A DNA stretch of 54,602 nt from Spirochaetota bacterium (GCA_043803405.1 JAZDKB010000045.1:1-54602), one strand, 5' to 3'; shown: positions 1 to 8,655, numbered from the stretch's first letter. Numbers and translations are program-made. The notes: a model not told the origin generated them from the sequence alone.

Positions 1-130
1 GGGAGCGTTGGTTATTTATGTAAGGATAGTTTAAAATATTTTGTAAAAATTTCTTTATTGTTTTTTAAAAGCGATTAATTGTTCTTTGCTTTATATGCTT
101 TCCTGTAATGAAAGACAATCAGATTCACGC

Positions 131-263
131 CGCTAACGACAAGGCTCAGCTGTGTTTGCGACTGCTGGCACGGACATTGAAAGCTAACCAATTAGATTAT
201 GACCACCCAGCTCCTACCGCCGCCAAAGCGCTAGCAGTAGCAGGCACACAACAAATGTTAGGC
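131..263 (-). mobile_element. integron attC site with degenerate L'' box
   Basis: Minus strand: R'' GCCTAAC (263-257), 11 bp after the stop of 275..994; imperfect stem TGTGCCTGCTACTGCTAGC / GCCAGCAGTCGCAAACACA; L' GCTGAGC, 6-nt spacer, R' GTTAGCG (137-131). Confidence 0.75.
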
Positions 264-274
264 GCCTTTTAGCA

Positions 275-994
275 TCACTTTGAGTTCTTTAATAACAACG
301 CGTGTTTCAATTCTTCTATGCAGATTTTCCGTTCTGCGATATTTGTTATATCACCAATTTCCAGTTCTAATTTTTCTTTAAATTGAAAAGTGATATTCAT
401 TTTACACTTAAAAATAAATCTATACTCATTCGCATAATCATGGGATTTTTCTTTCTGCCTTAATGATGTTCCGTGTGGAGACATTAAATATTGCGGAGCC
501 TCTATTACTTCACTTTTATTATAGACAACATCATGAAATGTAACTCCCAATGCAAAGTTAAATGATTTCCATTTTTCATATAAGCGCTTTTTAAATTCAA
601 CGATATCATTTATCAAAACAGTATACGTCCCAAAATTATCATAACATCGCGATAAGTTACAATCTGGCCCTGAGAGACATAAAATATAAACTGGATTTAT
701 AAATGTGCGTTCACAATCAAGTATACCATCGCTCATTTCGTATTTAGAATGTTCGATATTTTCAGTTTCATCACGCCTCTTATTTTCAACAGTTTTAAAT
801 ACTTCAATCTTACGGATAATAATATTCCCTTTTAGAAAATTATCAGCATGATTTTCGCAATCAAAAAATTTTATAAGAACAGGCGGACTATCTGCTTCAT
901 CTTTTATGAATTTATATGTCATATTATTTTCATCGCCTAACGAGACTGTCGAATAATATCGATTTCTTAAAATCCAAATTTTCTCTATGTCCAT
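275..994 (-). CDS. hypothetical cassette protein, loosely DUF2971-like
   Basis: 239-aa AT-rich ORF between two attC sites; YILCLS and K..HDYANEYRFIF motifs. The true start may be the internal Met (MTYKF). Confidence 0.75.
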   Translation of the reverse strand: MDIEKIWILRNRYYSTVSLGDENNMTYKFIKDEADSPPVLIKFFDCENHADNFLKGNIIIRKIEVFKTVENKRRDETENIEHSKYEMSDGILDCERTFINPVYILCLSGPDCNLSRCYDNFGTYTVLINDIVEFKKRLYEKWKSFNFALGVTFHDVVYNKSEVIEAPQYLMSPHGTSLRQKEKSHDYANEYRFIFKCKMNITFQFKEKLELEIGDITNIAERKICIEELKHALLLKNSK

Positions 995-1073
995 ATTTTT
1001 TAATAATCGTCCCTAATCGTTTATAACCCAAAATAGATTTTTAAGATTTCGTAAATTTTTCATTTTTCGACAG

Positions 1074-1160
1074 TTTCAACGCTTAGTTAAGCAGCGCCAG
1101 CACCGAGCTCGCCGGAAATCCGCGCGGCTTTCCGGCGTCCGCTTCGACCAAAAGTTAGGC
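1074..1160 (-). mobile_element. integron attC site
   Basis: Minus strand: R'' GCCTAAC overlapping the TAA of 1155..1610, 5-nt spacer, L'' GTCGAAGC, central GCCGGAAA/TTTCCGGC stem, L' GCTTAAC, R' GTTGAAA; 87 bp. Confidence 0.9.
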
Positions 1161-1610
1161 ATTTTCTGCCTCGCTGAGTAAGATGGCTCGATCGGCAGGA
1201 CGCGCAAATTGACTGGCTCCACACGAATATTTGCCTCTGCGTGTAGTTCCGATTTTCCTGACTTCCGCCGCCGTAAGACAATACACAAGAAAATCAGCCT
1301 TGTTTGCGTGTTTCCTAACTACGCTATCCCTGCCAAGCACAACGTACACTTCGTCGTACGTCGACGGGTCGCCCAGATCGACGTTCGTCTTCTTACCTCC
1401 ACCGTACTTGATTTGAACTCTTTGGTCTTGCCTTAACCCATCATGGCCAGCTTGCCGCAGGTTCGTAGCCAGGTCGATCTCGTAAGCGTCAGCGCAGAGA
1501 AATTCGGCTATGTCGCCAAGGTATCGGTCGGACCGAATCACACCGGTTGCCTTAAGTTCCTCTATCGATCTTCTGAAGTCAACCAGAGCACAACGTTGTC
1601 TTTTGTTCAT
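1155..1610 (-). CDS. DUF6998-like putative PD-(D/E)xK nuclease, gene cassette
   Basis: GDIAE...GHDG...VQIK pattern; visibly GC-richer than the host genes; bounded by attC sites. Confidence 0.7.
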   Translation of the reverse strand: MNKRQRCALVDFRRSIEELKATGVIRSDRYLGDIAEFLCADAYEIDLATNLRQAGHDGLRQDQRVQIKYGGGKKTNVDLGDPSTYDEVYVVLGRDSVVRKHANKADFLVYCLTAAEVRKIGTTRRGKYSCGASQFARPADRAILLSEAENA

Positions 1611-1620
1611 AGCTGATCCT

Positions 1621-1748
1621 GCTTAACTAAAAATTCAGCTGTGCGACCCGCGATGCAGACGCTCTTAGCAAATCAGTCTGATCTCTGCTGCTTACCCAGA
1701 CTTCCGCAAATGCGGCGGATCGCATCATGCTTGATTGGATTGTTAGGC
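1621..1748 (-). mobile_element. integron attC site
   Basis: Minus strand: R'' GCCTAAC (1748-1742), 5-nt spacer, L'' AATCAAGC, stem TGCGATCCGC/GCGGGTCGCA, L' GCTGAAT, R' GTTAAGC (1627-1621); 128 bp. Confidence 0.88.
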
Positions 1749-1783
1749 TATATATATTATAATGACATTTTTAGCAGTTCATT

Positions 1784-2365
1784 TTATGCTAAATGTTCCA
1801 AAAGAATTTTAATTCCAATTCCGATAAGAACAATTCCACCGATAATATCTAGCTGAATATTCAGTTTATTTCCAAGTCTTTTTCCAATAAAATATCCAGC
1901 TAACGAAACAGCAAATGTCACTATGCCGATTATTATAGAAGGTATTATTGCTGATATCTTTATCATTGCAAAACTAAGGCCAACTGCCATAGCATCTATA
2001 CTAGTAGCTATGGAAAATATAAAAAGTGTCGGTAAATGACGGCAATCTTGCACTGTCTTTTTGTCGCAAATATTTGTTTCTTTGTTTTTATTAAATGGGA
2101 GTCCAGACCAAATCATTCGACCACCAACAAAAGCTAGTAATCCAAATGCAATCCAATGATCAATCCCCTGGACATAATGACTAAAAGTAACTCCAGCTGC
2201 CCATCCAATTATTGGCATTATCATTTGGAAAACTCCAAAGAAAATTGCCATTCTTAAACCATGCTTTATCTCAAGACCACGAGTAACTGTACTATTTGTG
2301 ATTGCTACAGTAAAAGCATCAAGTGACAGTCCAAACGCTATTCCAAGTAGAACAATAAATTCCAT
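1784..2365 (-). CDS. mntP: manganese efflux pump MntP family protein
   Basis: GLSLDAF, FFGVFQMIMP, DHWIAF and ATSIDA motifs; 193-aa membrane protein. Confidence 0.93.
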   Translation of the reverse strand: MEFIVLLGIAFGLSLDAFTVAITNSTVTRGLEIKHGLRMAIFFGVFQMIMPIIGWAAGVTFSHYVQGIDHWIAFGLLAFVGGRMIWSGLPFNKNKETNICDKKTVQDCRHLPTLFIFSIATSIDAMAVGLSFAMIKISAIIPSIIIGIVTFAVSLAGYFIGKRLGNKLNIQLDIIGGIVLIGIGIKILLEHLA

Positions 2366-2394
2366 ATTTTTTTAATCTTTATGTTGCATATCAA

Positions 2395-2401
2395 ATCTAA
2401 C
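2395..2401 (-). mobile_element. candidate cassette crossover core GTTRRRY (attI-like or secondary site)
   Basis: GTTAGAT on the minus strand about 30 bp upstream of the mntP ATG, with no attC palindrome upstream of it. Confidence 0.45.
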
Positions 2402-2601
2402 AAGTAATCGTATAGTTTCTGTATATCTATTAAAAAAACAAAGTATTAATTTCAATCATTAATTAACAAAATAAGCTGTAACAAATCGAATCCGCGAAAA
2501 AAGCCATTAGCAGCAAAAGCAAAATAAGTTCTCCTTAATTCGACAGCGATAAGCTGAATCGGCACATCAATTCAGAAATTCCTCCGCTTGTGCATTAAAA
2601 T

Positions 2602-2658
2602 AAAATTATCATTTTTCTGATAATTTTTCTTGACATAAAAATATGTATGCCGTAAGGT
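2602..2658 (+). promoter_or_regulatory. operator-like inverted repeat plus sigma70-type promoter of the 119-aa gene
   Basis: AAAATTATCA-N6-TGATAATTTT (2602-2627), then TTGACA (2630-2635), 17 bp, TAAGGT (2653-2658). Confidence 0.5.
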
Positions 2659-2718
2659 TAACGATTTTCAAAATTTTAAACAGAAAATCAAAAATTTCTA
2701 ATTTACAGGAGCAAAAAC

Positions 2719-3078
2719 ATGGTATTCAGCACAACTGAAGTATTTGGTTTTTCCGAATCTCTTATAGAATTTATAAGAAATTCCGCAGCTGTTCTTACTG
2801 AGAAAGGGATTAATACGGAAGCCTGGCTTACTGAACTGGACGAAAGAAAGAAAGCCGCTGTTTCCCTTAATGATGAACAGGAAAAGATGAAAGCGTCAAT
2901 GAAAGAGCTTACAGCCCGCTCGCAGCAGTCTGTAAATATTCTGTACGACGCAGCATCAACAAGGCTCGATGCAATTATAGGCGCGCTGGGAAAGAAAACC
3001 GAATCCGGCAAACAGGCTGCAAAGATAAGGAGCAAGGTCAGGGTTCAGAGGAAAAAGATAGCAGAAAAAACCGCATAA
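2719..3078 (+). CDS. hypothetical all-helical / coiled-coil protein with basic C-terminus
   Basis: 119 aa; AGGAG RBS at 2707-2711; heptad-like middle region; K/R-rich tail. Confidence 0.8.
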   Translation: MVFSTTEVFGFSESLIEFIRNSAAVLTEKGINTEAWLTELDERKKAAVSLNDEQEKMKASMKELTARSQQSVNILYDAASTRLDAIIGALGKKTESGKQAAKIRSKVRVQRKKIAEKTA

Positions 3079-3127
3079 ACTGATAAAAAATACGACAAAA
3101 CAACTTTTTTTGTTCACATATTCTTTT

Positions 3128-3420
3128 TCTCAGGTGATATAAAGAACATCTCAGGAGTAAAAAATATTTTCTCAGCCGAGATGGACTCCGTCCCGGCTGA
3201 GATGAAGCTTATCTCAGCTGGTAGCGCCATATCCCAGGCAGTCAGCTATGCATCCCGGCTAAGATGAACCCTATCTCATATGTCTAAACTCGTATCTCAA
3301 CCGGCAGACGGTCTGTCTCAGCTGAGATGAACTCTATCTCAGGTGAGGTGAACTTCATCTCAGGCGGTCTTGCTCGTTTTTCAGCTGAGATAAAGATTAT
3401 CTCAACCGGTAAAAATATCT
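3128..3420. repeat. degenerate 21-bp tandem array, 14 units, TCTCAG core, palindromic consensus ATCTCAGCTGAGAT
   Basis: Units start at 3128, 3149, 3170, 3191, 3212, 3232, 3253, 3274, 3295, 3316, 3337, 3358, 3379 and 3400 (one unit is 20 bp). Confidence 0.9.
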
Positions 3421-3488
3421 ATCGCCCGGAAGTGTGTTTTCGTTAGAAAGAATTGCCCTTAAAATCTATATGTATATCCGCAAAGGCA

Positions 3489-3550
3489 GCCTCTCGCCCG
3501 GCCGAAGGCTGGGAGAGGGTGGCCGAGCGATAGCGACGGCCGGGTGAGGG
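3489..3550. repeat. REP-like GC-rich double hairpin (CCTCTC...GGGAGAGGG...GGGTGAGGG type)
   Basis: CCTCTCGCCCGGCC-GAA-GGCTGGGAGAGG hairpin, then GGCCG...CGGCC, then GGGTGAGGG. Confidence 0.7.
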
Positions 3551-3704
3551 CACGAAGCAGACTATCCCAAGCCCATAACCGGAAAGGATTTCCCGCTTGA
3601 CATAATTATTATTACACTAAAAATAGTTTTTTTCAATGTAGGTTATAAAGCGTTCCATAGATCATTATTATACATGCCTGAGAACATAACGGAGAAAACA
3701 TAAT

Positions 3705-4895
3705 ATGCCGATATCAAAAAATATTGTTGAATCCATGAACAAATCTTCATGGATAAGAAAGATGTTCGAAGAAGGAATAAAACTGCGCGCGAAATTCGGC
3801 GAAGATAATGTTTTCGATTTCAGCCTCGGGAACCCGGATCTTCCGCCTCCCCCGGAATTCTTTACCGCAATAAGCGGGATATGTTCCAGCAATAAAAAAG
3901 AAAAAACCGTAAATGAACACGGATATATGCCGAACGCCGGTTACCTTGAAACCAGGGAAGCTGTTGCAGTAAGGGTCCTTATAGATCACGGCGTTTCCCT
4001 TAAGGCAGAAAATATCATTATGACATGCGGAGCAGCAGGCGGGCTGAACGTAGTGCTAAAGACCCTGCTTAACCCCGGAGAAGAAGTGATTGTCCCAAAG
4101 CCTTTCTTCGCGGAATACGGGGCTTATGTCGGCAACCACAATGGAAAAATAACTTACGTAGATACCAATGCCGACTTCTCGCTTAACATAGAAAAGATAA
4201 ACGCCGCGATCAGCAGCAATACAAAAGCGATTCTAATAAACTCGCCCAATAATCCTACAGGGAAAGTATATTCTGAAAAAGATATCAAGGAACTGGCCGG
4301 CCTCTTAAACGCACAGGCGAAGAATCACGGAAGAATTATTTATCTTATTTCGGACGAACCATACAGGGAGCTTGTCTACAACGGGGTAAAGGTGCCGAGC
4401 ATACTCGGCAATTACAGTAATTCTATACTCGTAACATCGTACTCTAAAACTCTTTCCATTGCAGGCGAGCGCCTGGGTTTTATCGCTGTAAATCCAATGT
4501 GTGATGATGTTTGCAACCTGCTTGCAGGGATCATTCTATGCAACAGAATTCTGGGTTTCGTAAACGCGCCTGCTCTTATGCAGAAGATACTTCCCGATAT
4601 TATCAACATTAAGGTAAATATTAATATTTATAAAAAGAGAAGGGATATCTTTGTAACGGGCCTCAAAAATTCCGGCTATGAAGTAACGGAGCCCGAGGGC
4701 GCATTTTACATTTTCCCGAAATCGCCTATTAAGGATGATGTTGAATTCGTAAAACATCTGCAGAAATATAATGTCCTGGTTGTTCCGGGCGTCGGGTTCG
4801 GAGGGCCGGGCTACTTCAGGATTTCCTATGCAGTCCCGGAAAATGTAATTAAACGTTCCATTCCGAAATTCAAGGAAGCATTGGAAGCGTTATAA
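3705..4895 (+). CDS. PLP-dependent aminotransferase class I/II (aspartate aminotransferase-like)
   Basis: INSPNNPTG, ISDEPY and SYSKTLSIAGERLG (PLP lysine) motifs. Confidence 0.93.
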   Translation: MPISKNIVESMNKSSWIRKMFEEGIKLRAKFGEDNVFDFSLGNPDLPPPPEFFTAISGICSSNKKEKTVNEHGYMPNAGYLETREAVAVRVLIDHGVSLKAENIIMTCGAAGGLNVVLKTLLNPGEEVIVPKPFFAEYGAYVGNHNGKITYVDTNADFSLNIEKINAAISSNTKAILINSPNNPTGKVYSEKDIKELAGLLNAQAKNHGRIIYLISDEPYRELVYNGVKVPSILGNYSNSILVTSYSKTLSIAGERLGFIAVNPMCDDVCNLLAGIILCNRILGFVNAPALMQKILPDIINIKVNINIYKKRRDIFVTGLKNSGYEVTEPEGAFYIFPKSPIKDDVEFVKHLQKYNVLVVPGVGFGGPGYFRISYAVPENVIKRSIPKFKEALEAL

Positions 4896-4977
4896 AAATA
4901 TATTTATTGACAAAAATTATTCCGGTTTTATTACTAATCGCTACACAACTAAGAAAATACTATTTAAGGAAAATATT

Positions 4978-5175
4978 ATGGCAGAAGAACAAGCAGTAAA
5001 AACCGAAGCACCGGCAGCAGGCGAACAGCAACAGCCGAGCAAAAAAAAGAAGATGAATAAATTGCCGCTGGATAAAATAAATAATAAAATCGAGGATCTG
5101 GCAAAGGTAAATCAAATCCAGTCAAAATACTATAAGCATCTCTTAGACAGAAGAAGCGAACTGCAGCCTAAATAA
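4978..5175 (+). CDS. small hypothetical protein
   Basis: 65 aa; AAGGA RBS and an upstream TTGACA; natural protein-like composition. Confidence 0.7.
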   Translation: MAEEQAVKTEAPAAGEQQQPSKKKKMNKLPLDKINNKIEDLAKVNQIQSKYYKHLLDRRSELQPK

Positions 5176-5182
5176 AAAGCAA

Positions 5183-6043
5183 TTACTGAATTGCTCCAAC
5201 CTGGTTCATTGTATCCGGGATAGCAGCATATAATCTCTCAAGCTCGGCATCTTTTATTCCGGTCAAAGTTAAGGCCTCGTCGTTTAACTCATGGAATAAT
5301 CCGTCGCTGCCTATCCCGATCCCGGCCATCAGACAAATTACGTTGGCTATATGGACTATCGAAACTAAAAGCCTGGACTCCGCAGGCGCCTTGTCTGGCT
5401 CATGATGATACCTGACAATATCCTTTAAAACCTGGGGAAAATTCCATTTGGCAAGTATTTTTTCCCCTATCTCCTGATGATCAAATCCCATTATTTCTCT
5501 TTCAGCAGTCTGAAAGGTTATATTTTTACTTTCCACAAGATCTTTTATTTCCTTCAAGGTGCTCTGAACATACAGGGCGAGTACGGTCTTGCCCACATCG
5601 TGAATTATTCCGCCTGTAAACGCTATATCCGCTATATCATCTTTTTTCTTTAATAAAGCAATTCTCTTGGAAAGCACGGCAACGGAAAGCGCATGTTTCC
5701 ACAACTCGCCTTTTGATAAATCGTATCCCAGGATTTCCTTATCAAGTATTGATTTTGTGGCTGCAACAAAGACAATATCCTTAACCTCCTTTATGCCCAG
5801 AGTCACAACCGCTCTGTCTACGGATAATATCTCCTTGCCTCTGCTGAAATATGCCGAGTTGCACAATTTAAGCACATTTGTGGTGATTGCCTGGTCTTTG
5901 GAAATCTCCTCTGCAATACGGTTGAAAGAAACATCAGGATCATTGACCATGTTGATTACTTTGCCTGCGACATCGGGCATGGACGGAAGCTGTCCTATAT
6001 TATTTACGATCTGTTCCAGTCTTCCTTTTATTTGGGCATTCAT
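5183..6043 (-). CDS. HDOD domain protein
   Basis: LPSMP, LKLCNSAYF, LWKH, IHDVGK, DHQEIG and RYHH motifs. Confidence 0.92.
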   Translation of the reverse strand: MNAQIKGRLEQIVNNIGQLPSMPDVAGKVINMVNDPDVSFNRIAEEISKDQAITTNVLKLCNSAYFSRGKEILSVDRAVVTLGIKEVKDIVFVAATKSILDKEILGYDLSKGELWKHALSVAVLSKRIALLKKKDDIADIAFTGGIIHDVGKTVLALYVQSTLKEIKDLVESKNITFQTAEREIMGFDHQEIGEKILAKWNFPQVLKDIVRYHHEPDKAPAESRLLVSIVHIANVICLMAGIGIGSDGLFHELNDEALTLTGIKDAELERLYAAIPDTMNQVGAIQ

Positions 6044-6085
6044 TAGTTTCTCCAGGCGAAATATAATTATTATTAAAACAAAAAA

Positions 6086-6565
6086 TCATACTTTGTAATG
6101 TACTTTTTCTTTTCCTCCGGCCCTGACCTTAAGCCTGCCGTCTTCAAGATAAAAATCTATAACCCTGCCCGTGTTCCCTCCCACATCGGCAACCATTAGC
6201 GGTATCTGATTCTCCTCCAGAAGCCTGATTGTAATTTCAATGTTCCTTGTTCCTATCTGAGCCAGGGAAATATTCGCATTAAATTTAAACATGGATGCAC
6301 CGCCTGCTATTTTAGCGGATAAATTTTCTTTCTTGCATCCGGCCTTTAACATTTCGCTTATAAGCAGCGGCAGCGCGGAATCCGCATATTTTTCGGGTTT
6401 ATCGCTGCTTGTTTTATTCGGCAGCAAAATATGCGCCATTCCTCCGATCTTCTTTACTTTATCGTATAAACAAATTCCGATGCAGCTGCCGAGAATAGTC
6501 CTCAGCATTGCAGGACTGTTTGCCACCTGAAGCTGAGCCACACCAATATTTATTAATGTCTGCAT
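6086..6565 (-). CDS. cheD: chemoreceptor glutamine deamidase CheD
   Basis: LGSCIGICLYD, GGMAHILLP, AKIAGGASMF and DVGGNTGR motifs. Confidence 0.95.
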   Translation of the reverse strand: MQTLINIGVAQLQVANSPAMLRTILGSCIGICLYDKVKKIGGMAHILLPNKTSSDKPEKYADSALPLLISEMLKAGCKKENLSAKIAGGASMFKFNANISLAQIGTRNIEITIRLLEENQIPLMVADVGGNTGRVIDFYLEDGRLKVRAGGKEKVHYKV

Positions 6566-6846
6566 AGTGTTTTACTCTTTGACCATTTGTCTTTAAAAAA
6601 AAAGATTTTAGTTTAAATGTCTATCGCAATAGACCTCGGACAATGTCCTTTTTGTATAATGTACGTATAAATGGAGCCTTACGGCATATCGATATTAATT
6701 TTATATTTATATATGTTTAGAATGCGCGCCGCATAAACTACGTATAGCTATATTGTTTATCGGGACAACAATATCACAACAGGTTTTTTGGGACGCACTA
6801 TTGCATTATAACGGTAAAAATAATTAAATGTCAAGAAGTTTGATAT

Positions 6847-7497
6847 TTATTTCCAGTATCCATCAATCTCTTTATATAACTTATTCAGATCTTCCTGTAT
6901 TCTTATTCTGCATAATTCAATGTCGTCAATACCGGCTTTTCTCTGGATGAATGTTTCCTTTCCGAAATTAATAATAATCTTTGAAAACGGCTTCGGTAAA
7001 TTGAATTTATCCCAGCTGTTGAACACCCATTTGCTTTCGGCTGAAATTATAACAGGCAGTACCGGCATACCGGATATCTTTGCCATAATTAATAGGCCGG
7101 GTTTAACCTCGCCGAAGGGGCCTCTTGGCCCGTCCACAATGTGTCCCAGCGAATAACCTGCCTTTGCCAGCCGCTTTACTTCCCGCAAAGCCCCGAGTCC
7201 GCCTTTTGAAGAAGAGCCCCGCACAGGACGCCATCCGAGAATTTGAATGATTTTGGAAATTATATCCCCGTCTTTGCTTTTACTCACGATTATCGCTATC
7301 GGCTTCCTGCCGGATAAAAAGAAGATCCCCGGAAAAAATCGCTGATGCCAGGACACGTAAATCGGGCGCTTTCCTTTCTTAATGATATTATCTTCAATAT
7401 CTTTATTAATAATTTTTATTCTATATGTACAGTACAATAAACGAATAAAAACAAACCCGATATAAGCGAAAACATATTTGTATAAAAAGCGTTTCAT
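6847..7497 (-). CDS. DUF374 / lysophospholipid acyltransferase family protein
   Basis: SWHQR, SKSKDG, VRGSSSKGG, DGPRGP and SWD..LPKPF motifs. Confidence 0.9.
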   Translation of the reverse strand: MKRFLYKYVFAYIGFVFIRLLYCTYRIKIINKDIEDNIIKKGKRPIYVSWHQRFFPGIFFLSGRKPIAIIVSKSKDGDIISKIIQILGWRPVRGSSSKGGLGALREVKRLAKAGYSLGHIVDGPRGPFGEVKPGLLIMAKISGMPVLPVIISAESKWVFNSWDKFNLPKPFSKIIINFGKETFIQRKAGIDDIELCRIRIQEDLNKLYKEIDGYWK

Positions 7498-8466
7498 TTA
7501 CAGGCACATATTATTTTTCAGGAGATAACCCATAACATAATCATGAACCGCTTCTTCAAGCGTCAAAAACTTCACCGGGCATCCGGCCTGTTTAAGCTTA
7601 TCCATTTTTGCTTCGGTAAAATACTGGTACCGGTCGCGAAGCTGTTCCGGCATATCAATATATTCAATCTTAGCATCCAGCCCCATGGAAGAAAATATCG
7701 CCTTTGCCATATCGTTCCATGAACGCGCCTTGCCTGTGCCTACATTAAAAATTCCGTTTACATTATTCTGCATAAGCCACCAGATTATTTCCACGCAGTC
7801 TTTTACATAAACAAAGTCCCTCTTTTGCTCCCCGTGTTTATAATCCTTTAAGTACGATTTAAATAATTTTACCTTTCCGGCCGGCAATATCTGGTGAAAC
7901 GCCCTGAAAGCCATGCTGACCATGTCGTCTTTATGATACTCGTTTGGGCCGAATACATTGAAAAATTTTAATCCTGCAATTTTATCCAGTACTTTATTGC
8001 GGATCGCCCATAGATCGAAAAGATGCTTTGAATAACCGTATATGTTCAGCGGCCTTAGACCGGGCAATAATTTATCATCATCCGAAAAACCAAGCAAGCC
8101 GTCGCCGTAAGTAGCAGCGCTTGACGCATAAATAAACCTTACGTTTTTCTTAAGCGACCAGCGCGCAAGCTCCATTGTATAATGGAAGTTATTGCACATC
8201 AGGAAATCCGCGTCCGTTTCCGTTGTAGAGGAACATGCGCCCATGTGAATAATTGCCTTTGCATCATAATATTTATCATTATTTTTCAGATTGTTTATAA
8301 ACTCGTCCTTATGGACATAATCCGTAAAGCTCCTTCCTGCCAGATTCTTCCATTTCTCCGTTTTGCCGAGTTCATCAACAATTAAAATATCATCAATACC
8401 TTCTTTATTAAGCTTCCACACAAAAGCGCTTCCTATAAAACCTGCCCCGCCGGTTACAATAATCAC
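7498..8466 (-). CDS. hldD: ADP-L-glycero-D-manno-heptose 6-epimerase
   Basis: TGGAGFIGS, HMGACSSTTE, YASSAATYG, YGYSK and NVFGPNEYHK motifs; GTG start. Confidence 0.95.
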   Translation of the reverse strand: MIIVTGGAGFIGSAFVWKLNKEGIDDILIVDELGKTEKWKNLAGRSFTDYVHKDEFINNLKNNDKYYDAKAIIHMGACSSTTETDADFLMCNNFHYTMELARWSLKKNVRFIYASSAATYGDGLLGFSDDDKLLPGLRPLNIYGYSKHLFDLWAIRNKVLDKIAGLKFFNVFGPNEYHKDDMVSMAFRAFHQILPAGKVKLFKSYLKDYKHGEQKRDFVYVKDCVEIIWWLMQNNVNGIFNVGTGKARSWNDMAKAIFSSMGLDAKIEYIDMPEQLRDRYQYFTEAKMDKLKQAGCPVKFLTLEEAVHDYVMGYLLKNNMCL

Positions 8467-8655
8467 AGCACCCCTCCTTCAGATAAAAGAATCACTGATC
8501 AGTACAGAAAATAATTATTAAGTTAAATAATTATTGATTAATATTGAATAGTCAACCAGAATAACGGCCAAATTTAGGATAAATTGAATCATTAAAACAT
8601 CCTTAAAATGATTCACGGAAGATAAATTTTCTGGATGCGCTCTGAATAAATAATA

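Noticed and set aside
1..130. Fourth gene cassette beyond the attC at 131
   Set aside because: Only a very short minus-strand frame; cannot be judged at the window edge.
1076..1436. Short ORFs overlapping the attC and the DUF6998-like gene
   Set aside because: Shadow frames arising from GC-rich palindromic DNA; no RBS or motifs.
2366..2600. yybP-ykoY manganese riboswitch or intI remnant upstream of mntP
   Set aside because: No recognisable riboswitch stems or tyrosine-recombinase motifs by eye; an Rfam/HMM scan would be needed.
3128..3420. CRISPR array
   Set aside because: The period is only 21 bp, the conserved part is short and degenerate, and there are no cas genes in the window.
6718..6800. 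Possible MITE (GAATGCG...CATAAAC / GGTTTTTTGGGACGCAC)
   Set aside because: The inverted ends are too degenerate to support a call.
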